Source: Lingula anatina (Eukaryota; Animalia; Brachiopoda). Taken from it: DNA of 64,000 nucleotides. Position 1 is the first letter of the stretch. Each line of letters starts with the position of its first letter. Positions 12,209 through 25,700 of this stretch are shown here, piece by piece. The position numbers were made by a program, and so were the translations under genes. Where the stretch lies: the NCBI GenBank assembly GCA_051362555.1, contig CM120641.1, positions 38,198,401 through 38,262,400 of the forward strand, read 5' to 3'. Below the pieces are notes generated by a model. That model was not told the DNA's origin and ran no database searches. It was given only the letters and a program-made list of their open reading frames with translations.

Positions 12209-13315
12209 ATGAATGAGACTGAGTCGATGGTTGACTTTCCAAATATCAGTTCAAATAATCCAGAAGAAGAGGGGGAATTAGATAGCAATGTAGATTACCA
12301 AGTGTTTGCAAATTTTGTCGGGGGAGTTTTGGCTTTCTTCGTTGCTGTTGTTGGTCTTACTTTGAACACCATATCTTTTGTCGTGTTTCGAAAATTTAAG
12401 ACCCAGAATTCATCGACTTTTTTGCTTAGTTGCTTGGCAGTTGCTGATAATTTGTACCTCCTTTCGCAAACATTTTTTATCAGCATCCCGTCCATATTCT
12501 CCTACACTGAGCTAATTCCAGGAACCCTTCCCTTTATTTCGAAACACACACGAGTTCTTTGGTCATTAAACAACTGCCTCATCCTTATTCCGATCTGGAT
12601 AAGCGTTCTTGTTACTGTCGACCGCTATCGTCTGATTTGCTCGCCAGTTTCACAGCTCCTGGACAGGTCGTCATTGAAGACGTGGGTGGGGTGGGTTTGC
12701 GCTGTGGTCACTGGCTCGTTCATAAGCGTTATACCGAAGTATTTCTTTGTCGTTTCAATCGGATTTCAGCCGTGTTCGTTGAACAAGACTTATCCATTTT
12801 GCTTCAAACCACCCGCTGTCCGTTTTCCCGAGCAAAAGATCAGCTGGCTTGCTATTCACGCTCTTTTTTATTTTTTTGTTCCCTTTTTGGTTATAACAAA
12901 GTGCAATGTGCGAATAATACGCAGACTACGAGAGCTATCCAAACGCCGCGAAGCGTGTTTCATGCGAAAATTGTCCATTCACCGAGAACTGACAAAGATT
13001 GTTATTTTGATCGCCCTCACTTCTCTGGTATTCCATTTACTGTATTGTTGCTCCTTTGTTATCGGGTTTTATCCTGAAGCATTGCCGCAAAATGTTGCGC
13101 GGAATATGCCGTTATTTTTCCAAGTGCTTAACCTTCTAGCAGTGGTCAACTCTACTTTGAATTTCTTCATTTATGGATTGTTCGGTAAAGAGTTTCGGTG
13201 TACTCTAAAATCAATGTGTTGCCTAAGATGCACACCGAAAGGTGTAAGAAACACTCCAGCTGGTGATCGTCTTAGTTGTAAACAAAACAGATTCGAATTA
13301 ACCCAGCGCTATTAA
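12209..13315 (+). CDS. Rhodopsin-class (class A) GPCR with intronless CDS, FMRFamide-receptor-like / chemoreceptor-like, 368 aa
   Basis: Seven hydrophobic segments. Motifs are GLTLN (TM1), LAVAD (TM2), DRY (TM3), FVPF (TM5) and NSTLNFFIY...EFR (TM7/helix 8). N-terminal NET and NIS sequons, and C-terminal cysteines (palmitoylation-like). Confidence 0.93.
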   Translation: MNETESMVDFPNISSNNPEEEGELDSNVDYQVFANFVGGVLAFFVAVVGLTLNTISFVVFRKFKTQNSSTFLLSCLAVADNLYLLSQTFFISIPSIFSYTELIPGTLPFISKHTRVLWSLNNCLILIPIWISVLVTVDRYRLICSPVSQLLDRSSLKTWVGWVCAVVTGSFISVIPKYFFVVSIGFQPCSLNKTYPFCFKPPAVRFPEQKISWLAIHALFYFFVPFLVITKCNVRIIRRLRELSKRREACFMRKLSIHRELTKIVILIALTSLVFHLLYCCSFVIGFYPEALPQNVARNMPLFFQVLNLLAVVNSTLNFFIYGLFGKEFRCTLKSMCCLRCTPKGVRNTPAGDRLSCKQNRFELTQRY

Positions 13316-14509
13316 AAATACATGTACATGTACTTGTGTATGACACTGAATAATTCTATTTTATATTTTATATAGGATAATTGGAGTGAAAGAAACTGAG
13401 TTATTTAAATCAAATTGAAATTGGGAGAATGCGCAATATTTAATTTGAATACAAAAAAGAACTAGCTACCTCATTGTAAAAGAAAAGCCATTTAGCTAGA
13501 AAATTTATTATTTGGAGTCGTGACAACGAGATTTAAAGAATGAAATTGGATAATTCCTTTGATACACAAAGGTGCGAAGTCTGTTTTAATGGGGCCTTTA
13601 AGCAATTTTATTGTAATTTATTTATTTATTTATTATTATTATTATTTTATTTATTTATTTATTTATTTTTTTGCATAAAGTAAAACGACATGGCAAGAAG
13701 CTACTTACATTGAAAACAATGAGCGACCCTTTTACTATTGAAATTTATTGTTAATTAAATGTAAAGAAAGCAGATCGTGCGTTTCAATTAAACAAGCAAT
13801 GTGATTATGATGATCATTGGATTTCTAATGAGATATGTTGTTCACAATAAATATTGTGTATAAGATTTATTGTTGATTTGGTTTGTTGTAAATAGATATA
13901 GATAGTATTATGGAATGAACAATATATTTATGAAGTACGTGGACAGTCAGAACTAGAGATGAACTAAGATGTGAAAGACGTTCTTATTAAAACCAATACA
14001 ACTGACATTTAACGTCTGCAAGTAGAAACGATGAATAAAGAACAATGTGTCGGTGTTTAATTAGGTTTGTTGTTTCAATCGTAATTATTATAGATATTGT
14101 TCATGAAGTCTATATTATACATACATATGATAGTAGCAATACATATACCTAGAGTTTGCATGAGGCAGAGACAGAAATGAAAGAAAGTGGCGTGGGAACC
14201 AACTTGAAAGTAGTTAATAAATAACATGAAAGAATATAAAAGAGCTATGTTTACGTATTTACTACCTCGCGTAACAGCAGAAAATAAAAACAACAACTTC
14301 GTCGAATAAATGGTGGAGGATGCATGAATGGTGGAGGACGCTAAAGGAAAACAGAGGCGTTTGACCTCATGAGTCTTATCGGAACGGCAAGAAACGCTCA
14401 CTGGACGACAATACGCAAGCGAGCAAAAAGTATCCGGAAAGGAGAGTGGAACTGGACAAACAGGAAATGAAAGGTAAGAAGATGTATTCAGAAAATTATT
14501 GTAGAATAC

Positions 14510-15230
14510 ACTTTTTGCAGTATTTAGATGGCTTTAAAGTAGCCAGCAACACTTTCCAATATCATCTGAGTGAGGTAGACACAGTTACACAGTTTGACAA
14601 AGTCTGAGAAATGCGAACTTAACTTTATCTAAATAGTTTCAATTCGCGAGAGGAGGTCAGGTATTTGGGGTACATAGTTTCAGTAATTGAATTTTGCGAT
14701 GACCCTGCAAAGTGTAAAGCAGCACCTAAATTCCTAGTCCCTTTAAATGTTAAACAGGTGATCGAATTTCTGGGAGTAGCGAATTATTGAATATTGAATA
14801 TATCTCTTTACAAATTTTTAAGTGAACACAAAAATGATAAAAAAAAATAATGCGAATGCAGACGTGCTTAGCCGCCGCCCTTCAGACATGGAAAAGGAAT
14901 TAGACTTAGAAAAACTTTATGACACAGCACAGAGTTCGATTCCAAATGACATGTGTTTGAACAAAACAGAGATGTCAGACACCATCTCAGGACAAATACT
15001 TGGCGGGTACTCTAAACAGAGTGACAAAGAATCAGATAGGCGTGGAATGCTTCTAGCAATTAAATTGAAGGCGAAGAGAACAGATAGTTTGTCAAAATGT
15101 CAATATTACGAGTCATTTTCTTCTAAAGAGGAATTGTTAAAACTCCAAAGTGAAGATATGTAAGTGCGTCAATTATTGCGTACTTGACGTCAAATGAACT
15201 TCCACAAGTTATTAAAAAAGAAGCTCGGCG
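14510..15230 (+). pseudogene. Decayed Ty3/Gypsy pol fragment (RT-RNase H)
   Basis: Across frameshifts and stops it reads YLDG.., EVRYLGYIVS, DPAKCKA..VPLNVKQVIEFLGVANY and KNNANADVLSR, which are Gypsy RT and RNase H signatures. Confidence 0.8.
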
Positions 15231-17962
15231 TAGGGGGGGGGGTGATAATACCAACATTTTGTACCACCAGCCTGAATTTATGCAATGGGCCTATAAAGAC
15301 ATAACAGTATTTTATTTATTTTTTTTTTTTAGAATTTTTTAACCCCTCCAACCCCCCTGTACCTTCCCTCTGAAGTTTGCGATATTCGAAAATTACTACT
15401 TTTTAGCCTTTTCTTGCACATTTTTCATAGCATTTGCCCCTTTTAATGTCCCAAAAGCTTTGAAAATTATTTTCCTGTATTTTTTATCCAAAAATATCAA
15501 AATAGAACCAGTTTCATCAAATTGCGAGATTCGCCCAACCCCTTTTCAATACAGGTAGGCCTATATACATGCAAATAATATCTATATAAAGTAAATTTAC
15601 TTTTCGTTTATATTTTATACTTTTATTGACTTTAAAGATCTTACAGATTGTGGAAAGTTTGAAGAGATGCCAACAACAACCTCACTTCACTGTTAAAGAG
15701 TCGTGACAGGACGCAAATGTGAGCAATGAAAATTATTTTGATGTTGACCTGGACAAAACTGCTACATGTACACTCATTAATATTGATAAAATAGTTTATA
15801 CTCCCAGGTTAGCCAAGCAGTGAATGAATATTTCGTCATTTGTCAACTATTATCCGTCATTACGAGATTTTTCTCTTTTTATTTCTTTTACAGGATACAA
15901 CACTTAAATACAATCACTTTAATTTCAGGCAATACTTATTATTATTACAATTTACTTCGATTTAGGGCTCCTGAACTTACTATAAAAATCATTTCGGATG
16001 ATGCATCATAATTCTATTCATAAGAAAACCCGTTCTATTTCGCCCACCACCCCCTTGCAATGTCAAACATTGTCGACAGGGCACATGCACCTTGAAGGTG
16101 ACCAGAAAACATTAAGACTATGATTCGATGAAATTACATTTTTTTCGAGTCGCGAAGAATAATTTTTTTGAAATGTTTCTCGATAAATTGCCTAAATGAA
16201 AGTCATTATCACTGGCATTTCAACGATCTCCTTAAAATGATCTTGTCAGTAGATAATGCAGTTATATTGGCAGTCAAAAGTCGAGTAGTGCAAAGATATA
16301 ATGGTAAATGGTCTTATGTGAATATTATTTGATATGTTTTGAGGGGTAATATGATAAGAATGAGACGGAAATATTTATGGATATAACTGGGTATGTTGCT
16401 GAGGGGGAAATTATGCGCATGACGTCATATAAATACTAATATCTGGGACGCCAGATTGAGTTATTATTATGATTAGTATAAGTAATGTTATTGAAAATAT
16501 TATTATGTTATTAACACGGTTATATACACGTGCAATTTTATTATTATCTTCTGCATGATTAATACAATGGCATATTAAAACTTTGCCTGATATACATAAC
16601 TGTACTGAATTTTGAAGATAACTGCTCAGATATACGTAGTTAAGTTTTTTTTCCTTGATAAGCGTTTTTGCGTCATCGCCATTCATATATTGGATATATT
16701 CATGGACGTTGGACCTTGGACACTCGTAGATATACGGGAAACTGTGAACAATTATTCATACTTGCGGCAATGTACGCGAATGAAACATTTATGAATTTAA
16801 CAATGGCGATCCAAATGACAATTGTTTTGTTTTTTTTCACTAAATGGAAGGACGAATTTGACATAATATGGAACTGAACTCTCGTGCTATAATTCAAAAT
16901 GGAGGATGCAGTGAACTACACCAAATGCAAAACTCTTCATTTGTGTAGAAATTAACTTTAAATTTTATAAATTGTATTTGAGTCATATTGCCTGTGGTAA
17001 TTAAGTATTGTGTCATGAATATTAAATACTAGACGTATTATAACTATATCTTTATTCAGCTTATCAATTTTATGGTTATCGGTTATATTTAATCAGAAAA
17101 TTATTGGTATATTAGCAGTATATTTTATCTTTTGGAACGATGATGACATGAAACTGATGATGTATTTTGAGGAATTTTCACATTTTTGTGACTTAACTTT
17201 TTCTCAGTATAGTTGTGTACAATCGTGGGTTAAATTTGATATAAACAAATGTTTATCTCATAGTCATCAGAAAGGTACGGAGCGCTACAGTGTGGATAAA
17301 TATGAAGATGAACAGGTACTTCATCATCAACGCTGCGCTGGTCGCAACGTTGCGGTGAATGCTGCTCATTGGACGGGGAGAGACCGACCCTATTGTCTCG
17401 CGTAGTGCATTCCAACAACATCTAACATGACAAAACGAAAGACTAAACACTGTATAAGAATAGAGCCATAATAAAAAGAGTCACAGGTTATTGTCATTAT
17501 GAAATAGCAAATAAATAAGTATCTGTACTCTTGGGCCACCCATAAAAAGTGTTACAAATGCCAATTTTTGTACGAAATACGTCCACGAACAAACGTATTT
17601 TCCAGAAAGTTATCAATCTATCTTCCTTAGTTATATTTTTGGTTTCATGTCTAATGTGTTTCCATTTTATGTGTTAGTTTAATTAGAATTGATTTACTTA
17701 GCTATATATTTGCATGAATTTATGATAAAAATGTAGTGTTTAAGAAGAGCAGAGACAGAAATTAAAGAAAGCAGTATGGTGTTCGATATTTGGCCGGTGA
17801 CGGCCGCTGTTTTTGGAAGATCCCTCTAGAAAAAAAATAGTGTTAAGTTATTATATAAGTTTTTTTTGAGTGGGTAATAAATCTGTTGTCGAATTACTGT
17901 GATATTATGTTTTAAGTGTGTATTTATACTATATAAGATTTATTGTTGGTTTGAAAGAAATA

Positions 17963-19594
17963 CAGACTTGACATTTAATTTGAAATATTTCAGTTTCAAA
18001 GAAATGCCTTGGTAAAATGTGTTAAAAAAACTCAGATTTCATATAAGATACAGTATGTGAATAGAGAAGACTTATTGTGTAATCAGGTGTGCCGCTACCA
18101 ATTAACCGACTACCATGCCTGTTGCACTGCTGCATTGTGTAATATGCAGTGATTTGATTGGGATGTACTCCTTTGGACTGGTCGAAGCTTGGCTTTGACA
18201 AAGCATGGTTCTGTCTAAAAAAATATCCATATGTCAGCAAGTACTGCATATAAGAATATGCAAAATATGAAATTTTGCATGCAGCGATCCGTTATGCAGT
18301 GCGTAAAATGAATTATGCAATGTTTTACAAAATTGTTAATCTGTGCCAAAATGGCGCGAAAAAGACAGACATTGCCAGGCAGATTATTGTGCCACACAGA
18401 ACGGTCCGCACAGTTTTATAGAGTTATGCCCAGACTGATGTACCTATACAGAGACCACACGCAATGTATTGAAGTCTTACCACCAGAGCACAGGACTCAC
18501 TGTCCTTCCAGATATGCTGCTACAACTAAACAAAAATCACCCAGTCCGTTCAGAATGAAGGACAGGTTGCCACCAGAACGCGTGCTTCAAGGCCCTTACT
18601 GGTTTTAGCAGGTTAGAATACCAGACAACCTCTGCGGAAGCCACTGTAAACAGCAAAACATCGCCGCCTGATTCTTTAATGAATTGGGGACCATGACCGT
18701 TTCTGGGTAGAACATTGAAACCGCGTGGCTTTCTCTACTGAGGTCAGATTTCAACTGTACCGCTCACCTGGTCAAAACAGAGTATACAGACATCTGGAGA
18801 GACCTACGATGAAGCGTTTGTTGTGTCTAAAGTGACTAGAGTCATAGACAGCGTCAGTATTTGGAGTGGATATCACATTGGTGCCAAAACACCAATGGTA
18901 GTCATCTAAGAAAACCTGTACCACATCGAATACAGAAATAATCTGGGAACCACTTGACTATCATTTGATAAGAGGTACCCTATGAACAACTTTAGGTACC
19001 CTAGGAACACTTTAAGGTTCACCCAGAGCACTTTTAATAGCAGATAACTTACAGAACTAAGGGAAAAAGCAGCTACATGTACCTTGGTCATCAAAATCGC
19101 CAGGTTTGAACCACATAGACAATATATGGGTAGGTCATTACTCGCTGAATCAACGGCCTACATGTCCTACAAAAAAACTGAATCAAATTGGACAAGTTTT
19201 GACCGATGCCTGGAATGTTATTCCAGATTAAACTCTAAAAACATATTCCAAGGAATGGCTTGCCGGATGAAGTCAGGTGTTAGAGGGACCGTTGCTGTGA
19301 CTAGACACTGACATGAGGGTTCTTTGTGGGGCGTGTAACTCTTTTAATTTGGAAAATATTGAGATCCAAAATATCGCTTTTAATGGTTGACGTATGGCTT
19401 AGAAGAGGCAATGTATTTTTGTTTGTATCACTTCCGAATTCAATTGAGTAACTAATGTCACAATGACATCAAAGAGATATTTAAAGTGTTTAAAACGCGA
19501 ATTTAATCCTTATTTTCATTTTTCAGTAAGCTTAATAGGAAAAAAACTGATGAAAATGATTTGAAAAAATATTCCATATTGAGTGTCAAGTCTG
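17963..19594 (+). mobile_element. Full-length decayed Tc1-like transposon (1.63 kb)
   Basis: TIRs CAGACTTGACA(tttaatttgaaatattt) and (aaatattccatattgag)TGTCAAGTCTG with a TA TSD. The broken transposase (about 18425-19311) reads MPRL.., FSTEVRFQLYRSPGQNRVYR (FSDESRF motif), SVSIWSG, SPGLNHIDNIW (SPDLNPIE motif) and ends ..TRH*. A secondary insertion sits at about 18905-19080. Confidence 0.88.
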
Positions 19595-21049
19595 TAGATT
19601 AGAAATATAATATTTAAAATATATTGTTAATTGGGTAATATTTTTGTGAGGTATGTTCAAAATAGTTAAATAAAAAAGTAACCATACTTATAGTATAGTA
19701 ATATGTAAAAAGGATAGCAACTGTTCATTTTGGCCAAAAATGGATTTCCTGGGGTAAACAACAATTTCTCCATTCTTACCGATGCTTAATAAATCCGTTT
19801 CCAAATTCAAAGTTTGTCCCTGTTTTTTTTTTTTTTTTTGTAATTATCTCTTAAGAGATAATTACAGATGGTAGCCATCTATGGAGGTCATGTGGTCCTA
19901 GGACTCAATATATTCAGTATTCAATATTGAGTCCTAACGTGGTTTGATGACATGCACAGATTTTAGTAGAATTGTGATAACCGCCGTTTTGGTGGTAAAA
20001 ATTGAATTTATATTTCTATGAGTTGTTTATAATGATCTTATTGTGAAATATGGATCTTATACGAAGAGTTGCTATCCCTTTAAGTTAGTTCTAAATATTT
20101 TGGTTCATTAAGATTCTATGCGATAAGACATTTTCACGGTAAATTGCATTATGTTTGTACGTAAAGTTTGTATTGAAACAAAGATACTTAGGTTCACTTT
20201 ACCTTTTACCAGAGACCATGGGAGCTGTGTGGAGCTGTGCTGTGTGGTGCCGTTATTACTAAAAAAAAACATCATCTGACAGAGTAGAAATATGCATAGC
20301 TAGTGAATAGCTAGAAAAAAATATGTGAATATTTATGTGAATATATGCTCTCTGTGACCCTGGTAGAAGGTTAAGACAGTAGAATATAGGAAGATAAAAC
20401 AATAGAAGGGAGGATGTAGTTGGCTATAGAGATCTGACAATCCAAAACTGTGCTTTCATTCTACAGATATTTTCGAACATTAGACAGCGACAGTTATGGT
20501 TTGTCTCTGATCGTTTATTCAAGCAAGATTATTAGTAACAGGAAGTCGGGCTAAGTACGATTTAGTCCACCGATATTGTAACTGCAGGAGATTATCTGCA
20601 ACCAGATGCCACCTACCATAGCTGTTAAAAAATTGCATGAAGAATTTAGTAACAACAAGAAAGGCCTCTTGCAGAGAGTACAGATTTCTGTGGTGTGCCT
20701 GAATATAATTGTACTCCTCTCTGGATTTTAATGTATTGATTATCATTATTCCCCTTAAGTGTTTATTTCAAAGAAGTAAACAACAGAAACAAGTTTTATT
20801 TCTTTCTAAGAGCAATGAGCACAAAAGAATTTGATTATTGTTAATTTCATTATTGTTCAGATTTATATGTAAATTTTGATTAAACGTTTTGCATGTCATT
20901 TTCACTTTCTCATCTTTTTAAATTACAATTTTGAACAATCATTTCAGATGTTTTCTTCAACTTGAGAGTTAATTTGCATGCAAGTTTAACCACCTTTTTC
21001 CAACCTAATTATGCAATAATGCATTGCTGAAATGGGACTAAGCTAATAT

Positions 21050-21530
21050 TAATAACACTAATAATAAATTTATTTTAAGTCTAAAATCAATTAAAACGTT
21101 CAGTAGACTTGACATATCACCATTACCAAGATATGTAAAAATAAAAAATGTTAAGAAAGTTTACTATGCCAGATAAAAAACAGCCTTATTTTGACTTAAA
21201 ACCAATAACAATTAAGATAATCAATAAAAACAGCCTTATTTTCACATAAAACCAGTGACAATGGAGATAATAATAAATTTCCTACACAGATGTTTTAAAC
21301 TCCTTTTTTTAAATTATCAGTTGATTCAATTGAGGGAATTTCAATTGGTACCACATTCTGTTCCATTGGACCAGCAGACCTGAAAGAGATGTTCCCATAT
21401 ATTTTAAGCTGCATTTTTACAGGTTTCAGTAACAGTTGATCTACTGATTGCAAATTTCTAGTAGGAACATCGTGATCAACTAGATTTAAGTAAGTTGGTG
21501 CCACTTTAAAAAAAAGCATCATGGACAAGA
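21050..21530 (-). mobile_element. 3' fragment of an L2/CR1-group LINE
   Basis: APTYL..VPTRNLQSVDQLLLKPVKMQLKIYGNISFRSAGP..N.VPIEI matches the L2 ORF2 C-terminus. It is followed by a 3' UTR ending aataaa plus (TTA)-like tail near 21050-21075. Confidence 0.75.
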
Positions 21531-21864
21531 ACTAAGAATTTGAATGAAACTCTGGCTTGGAGTGGTGTGATACGATTGTTAAGAGAGACCTAGGTCCAAG
21601 CAAGAAGACACTGAAATAAATCTACACCTAAATAGTTTATTTTTTCATTGTCATTTCTAGGCTTTTAAATCATTTTAATTTCAAAAGTTGCATTACAAAA
21701 CAATTAAATCGCGCTAAATAGCATGCACTGCACATCTGCCAAAACATTAATGTCCTTTAATCAGTATACCACCTACTAGTGTCTTTTAATCCTATCAGTA
21801 TTATTTTGGATTATATGTATTGTGATTTCACCCTGGTTAATCCAAGTTTTATTAAGTGCTACAT

Positions 21865-22078
21865 GATCACTACCCAGTTCTGCGACAATTCAAACTTTCT
21901 CCGTTATGGAAACATTCAAGGCCACCTTTTGGCTGATGATAGATATCACCTGTCTGACCAGGGTACGCGTTTGTTCGCCTCTAACCTCAGATCCAAAATA
22001 GAGACCTCTCTGAACATTCCCAGACGTCTTACCAACAGAGCCAGGAACACTCCACATCGACCTCAGAATAATAAATGA
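21865..22078 (+). pseudogene. C-terminal remnant of LINE ORF1 SGNH/GDSL esterase
   Basis: FCDNSNF...LLADDRYHLSDQGTRLFASNL matches the D-x-x-H-L-x-x-x-G block V motif of SGNH esterases found in LINE ORF1 proteins. Confidence 0.7.
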
Positions 22079-22149
22079 ACTAACATTATGCACACAGCTA
22101 ATTGTCTTGAATAATCTCAAGCTGTGATCATGCCTGGTCGTGTTAAAAA

Positions 22150-22218
22150 TATTATTTATTTATTTATTTATGTTATATATTTATTTTATCTTATTTTACT
22201 AATTTATTAACCTATCTA

Positions 22219-22287
<69 letters not shown>

Positions 22288-22318
22288 TTATTTTATTTTA
22301 TTTTTATTTATTTATCTT

Positions 22319-22379
<61 letters not shown>

Positions 22380-22392
22380 TTTTTTTTTTTTT
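22150..22392. repeat. Compound (TA)n/(ATTT)n/(ATT)n microsatellite in the LINE inter-ORF spacer
   Basis: Directly visible. Confidence 0.9.
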
Positions 22393-22619
22393 CCCCACCA
22401 AAGTATGGTGCTGAATCAATCACTGAGTTTAACATAGCCTGTATGTTTACACATACCTGTGAACACTAAGTATAGTAACATGTTTATGTACGTTACATAC
22501 TAATATTTATGTATGCAAAATTAAGCTACACCTCACCTATTAACTGTTCTGTATATATATATGCTCTCTCTATATATATTATGTGTTCCAAGGCTTTCAT
22601 ACTTTTCCTTACTCACGCC

Positions 22620-22651
<32 letters not shown>

Positions 22652-22746
22652 AGCTCATACAGTATTTATGTTGTTAGCTGGTGAAATATAGTATATTTAT
22701 ATATAGCCCTTTGTATTCTCCGATCCCCATCTCCATCATATTGTAA

Positions 22747-25700
22747 ATGCCATCCTTCAGTCAGTCGAATCTGCGTATCGGTTCATGGAATATTGATGGT
22801 CTACACAAAAGAATTGCTAATGAAAGAACCTCCAAGTTTGATTTTGAGGAGTGTTACTCTTTACTCCAGTCAGTCGATATTTTTTGCCTGTCAGAGACTC
22901 ATTGCGAAAATACTGACAATCTACTTTTTGCAGGATATCACATCGAGTGCAATCTTAGGCCCAGGTCCCCCAAGTCCCCAAAAGCATCAGGGGGTCTAGC
23001 TGTTGGCATTAAAAATGAACTTCTACAAGGAGTAACCTTCCTCAAGATCACCTGCTCTGAATTTATGTGGTTCAAACTTTGTAAACATTTCTTTGGTTTA
23101 GAACAAGATCTGTATATATGTAATGTTTATATTAGCCCTGTAGGTACAAACTTTAGCTCTACTAGAGAGGATATTTTTTCACTTATTGAAACTGATATTG
23201 TTAAACTGTCATCCTTAGGTAGTTGTGTTATACTAGTAGATTTTAATGCGAAAACTGGCACTGAACCGGACTATATAGTGCATGATAACAGTGACTTGCA
23301 CATTAATGTGGGCTCAGATTATATCTCAGACTCAGCTTTAACTAGAAAAAATCTCGATCAGCACAAAATTGATGCTCATGGTAAGAGTCTATTAGAATTA
23401 TGTCAAAGCAGTGGTCTTAGAATTGCAAATGGAAGAGTCCTAGGTGACTCTCAAGGTAATTTTACCTGTTTCAGCCATAGGGGAAGCCCAAGTGTGATTG
23501 ATTATCTACTGTGTAATAGTTCTATATTGTGTAACCTGGAATATTTCAGGGTACACTCTCTAACTCCACTGTCCATCCACTGCATGATTTCCTGCTCACT
23601 AAAAACTGGTATGTGCCACTACCCCGACCACAGTCTGACACAAGACCAAACACATGACCTCCCCAGCAACTATCAATGGTCAAATATCATAAAACAAATT
23701 TGGTCAGCCTCACTAGAAACTCCAGATAGCCAGACAGAAATAAATAAATTCATATCTTCATATTCACTTAATAAGGACATGGACATTGACCAACTCACCA
23801 ACAACTTCTATACACTCCTTACTAATCTGGCCTCTAAAGCAGGTTTCACTAAAAAGAACAATAATAAGAAAGCTAAAAAACGTAAAATGAATAAAAAATG
23901 GTTTGACACCAACTGCAAGGAAGTATCCAAATCACTCAAATCTCTAAGTAGACAAATTCGAAAAAAATCCCCAAAATCAACACCTCATACAAGAATACAA
24001 TAGGCAAAAAAAACAATACTCAAAACTACTAAATAAAAAAAGAAACGACTTTCGTAACCACATTTTCCACAAAATTGAAACCCTCGAGAATTCTGACCCC
24101 AAAACATTTTGGAACCTCTATGACCAGCTATGTGAGAATGAAAAAAAAAGTAACTGTAACCCTATACCACCCCACTTATGGTGGGAACATTTTAATAATC
24201 TCATGAATAGAAGTCTACAACATGAGGACCCCAAATTTGAATCCCTAATTAATGAATTCTTTAATGGTATTAAAAACGGTACTTTCAATGAACTTGACTA
24301 CCGACTTACTGTAAATGAAATAAAAAAGGCTTCTACAAAACTTAAGAATAATAAATCCTCTGGCCCAGATGGCATACCTAATGAAATGATCAAAGAGGGT
24401 ATTCACAGACTGGCAGCCCCCCTGTGTATTCTCTTCAACCACATTCTCACAAATGGAACATTCCCTACACTTTGGAGAACAAGCTTTCTAACAGTTATAC
24501 ACAAAAAGGGTGACAAAACAGATCCAAATAACTATAGAGGAATTGCTGTCACTAGCAATATCTGTAAACTATTCTGTCTAATCCTGAACAACAGACTCAC
24601 AACATATGTAGAAAAACACAACATCATACCCCCAAATCAAATTGGTTTTAAAAAAGGAAGCCGCACCAGTGACCATATTTTAGTATTAAAAACCCTCATA
24701 GATAAATATGTTAAAAGGGCCTCTAAATCCAACCTCTTTGTTTGCTTTGTTGACTTTTCCTCTGCTTTCGATACCGTGTGGCGAAACGCCCTGTTCTACA
24801 AACTGACAAGGGCAGGCATCAATGGGAACTTTCTAAGAACCCTTCGTAATATGTACTCATCTGTGCGTTTTGCCGTCAAATGCAGAAATAGCATAACAAA
24901 TAGTCTCTCGTCCTCTGTTGGTGTTAAGCAAGGCTGTAATCTCAGTCCACTCCTCTTTAATCTCTTCATAAGTGACCTGCCCTCAATTTTTAACGACAGA
25001 TGTGACCCAGAGTCTCTGAATAATCAAAAATTAAATTGCCTATTATATGCAGACGATCTAGTAATTATGTCGGAAAGCAGTGCAGGTTTACAAACTGCAA
25101 TAAATCAACTTCAGGCCTACTGCAAAAAATGGAAGCTACTAGTGAACATCACTAAAACAAAAGTCATGATATTCAATAAATCTGGCCACAAAATCCAGAA
25201 ACAAATTTTCAAGTTTGGCGATATACCTCTAGAAATCTGTAGTGAATACTGCTATTTAGGACTTGTCTTTACTCCATCCGGAAGTTTCACCAAATCCCTT
25301 GAAATACTCAAATCAAAAGGGGGGAAAGCATTTTTCAAAATCCGCAATAAATTATTCACCAGCCCAGTGCCCATTTCCATGAAACTTTTTGACTCACTCA
25401 TAGCTCCCATTCTTACCTATGGCTCTGAAGTTTGGGCACCATACTTTGTCAAAAACTCAAGTAAAGACAGCTACTTCCTAATTTGTGACAAACTTTCCAT
25501 TGAAACCTTACATCTCAAGGCCTGCAAAACTATCCTAGGTGTTAACCGAAAATCTCCCTCACATGCTGTCCGTGGAGAACTGGGCAGCTTCCCAATACTG
25601 ACCACTGCCTACACACTGGCCCTCAAATACTGGCACAGCCTCCAATATAAAAAGCACCATGACACCACCTCCTTAGTTACTCATGCACTTCACGAAAATG

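Noticed and set aside
13840-14480. Possible LTR of the Gypsy remnant (short matches to 17745-17950)
   Set aside because: The matching blocks are short and in a different order. No TG..CA boundaries, PBS or TSD could be defined.
16415-16435. CRE palindrome TGACGTCA next to TGCGCA and TATAAAT
   Set aside because: No downstream gene could be identified, so an isolated motif is not evidence of a promoter.
17302-17430. Signal-peptide-like MKMNRYFIINAALVATLR-TGA-MLLIGRGETD..., a possible selenoprotein or readthrough
   Set aside because: Short, no recognisable homology, no SECIS seen and no Cys/Sec redox context.
20440-20700. DATYHSC-like motif suggesting a DNA-transposon remnant
   Set aside because: Too degenerate, and no termini were found.
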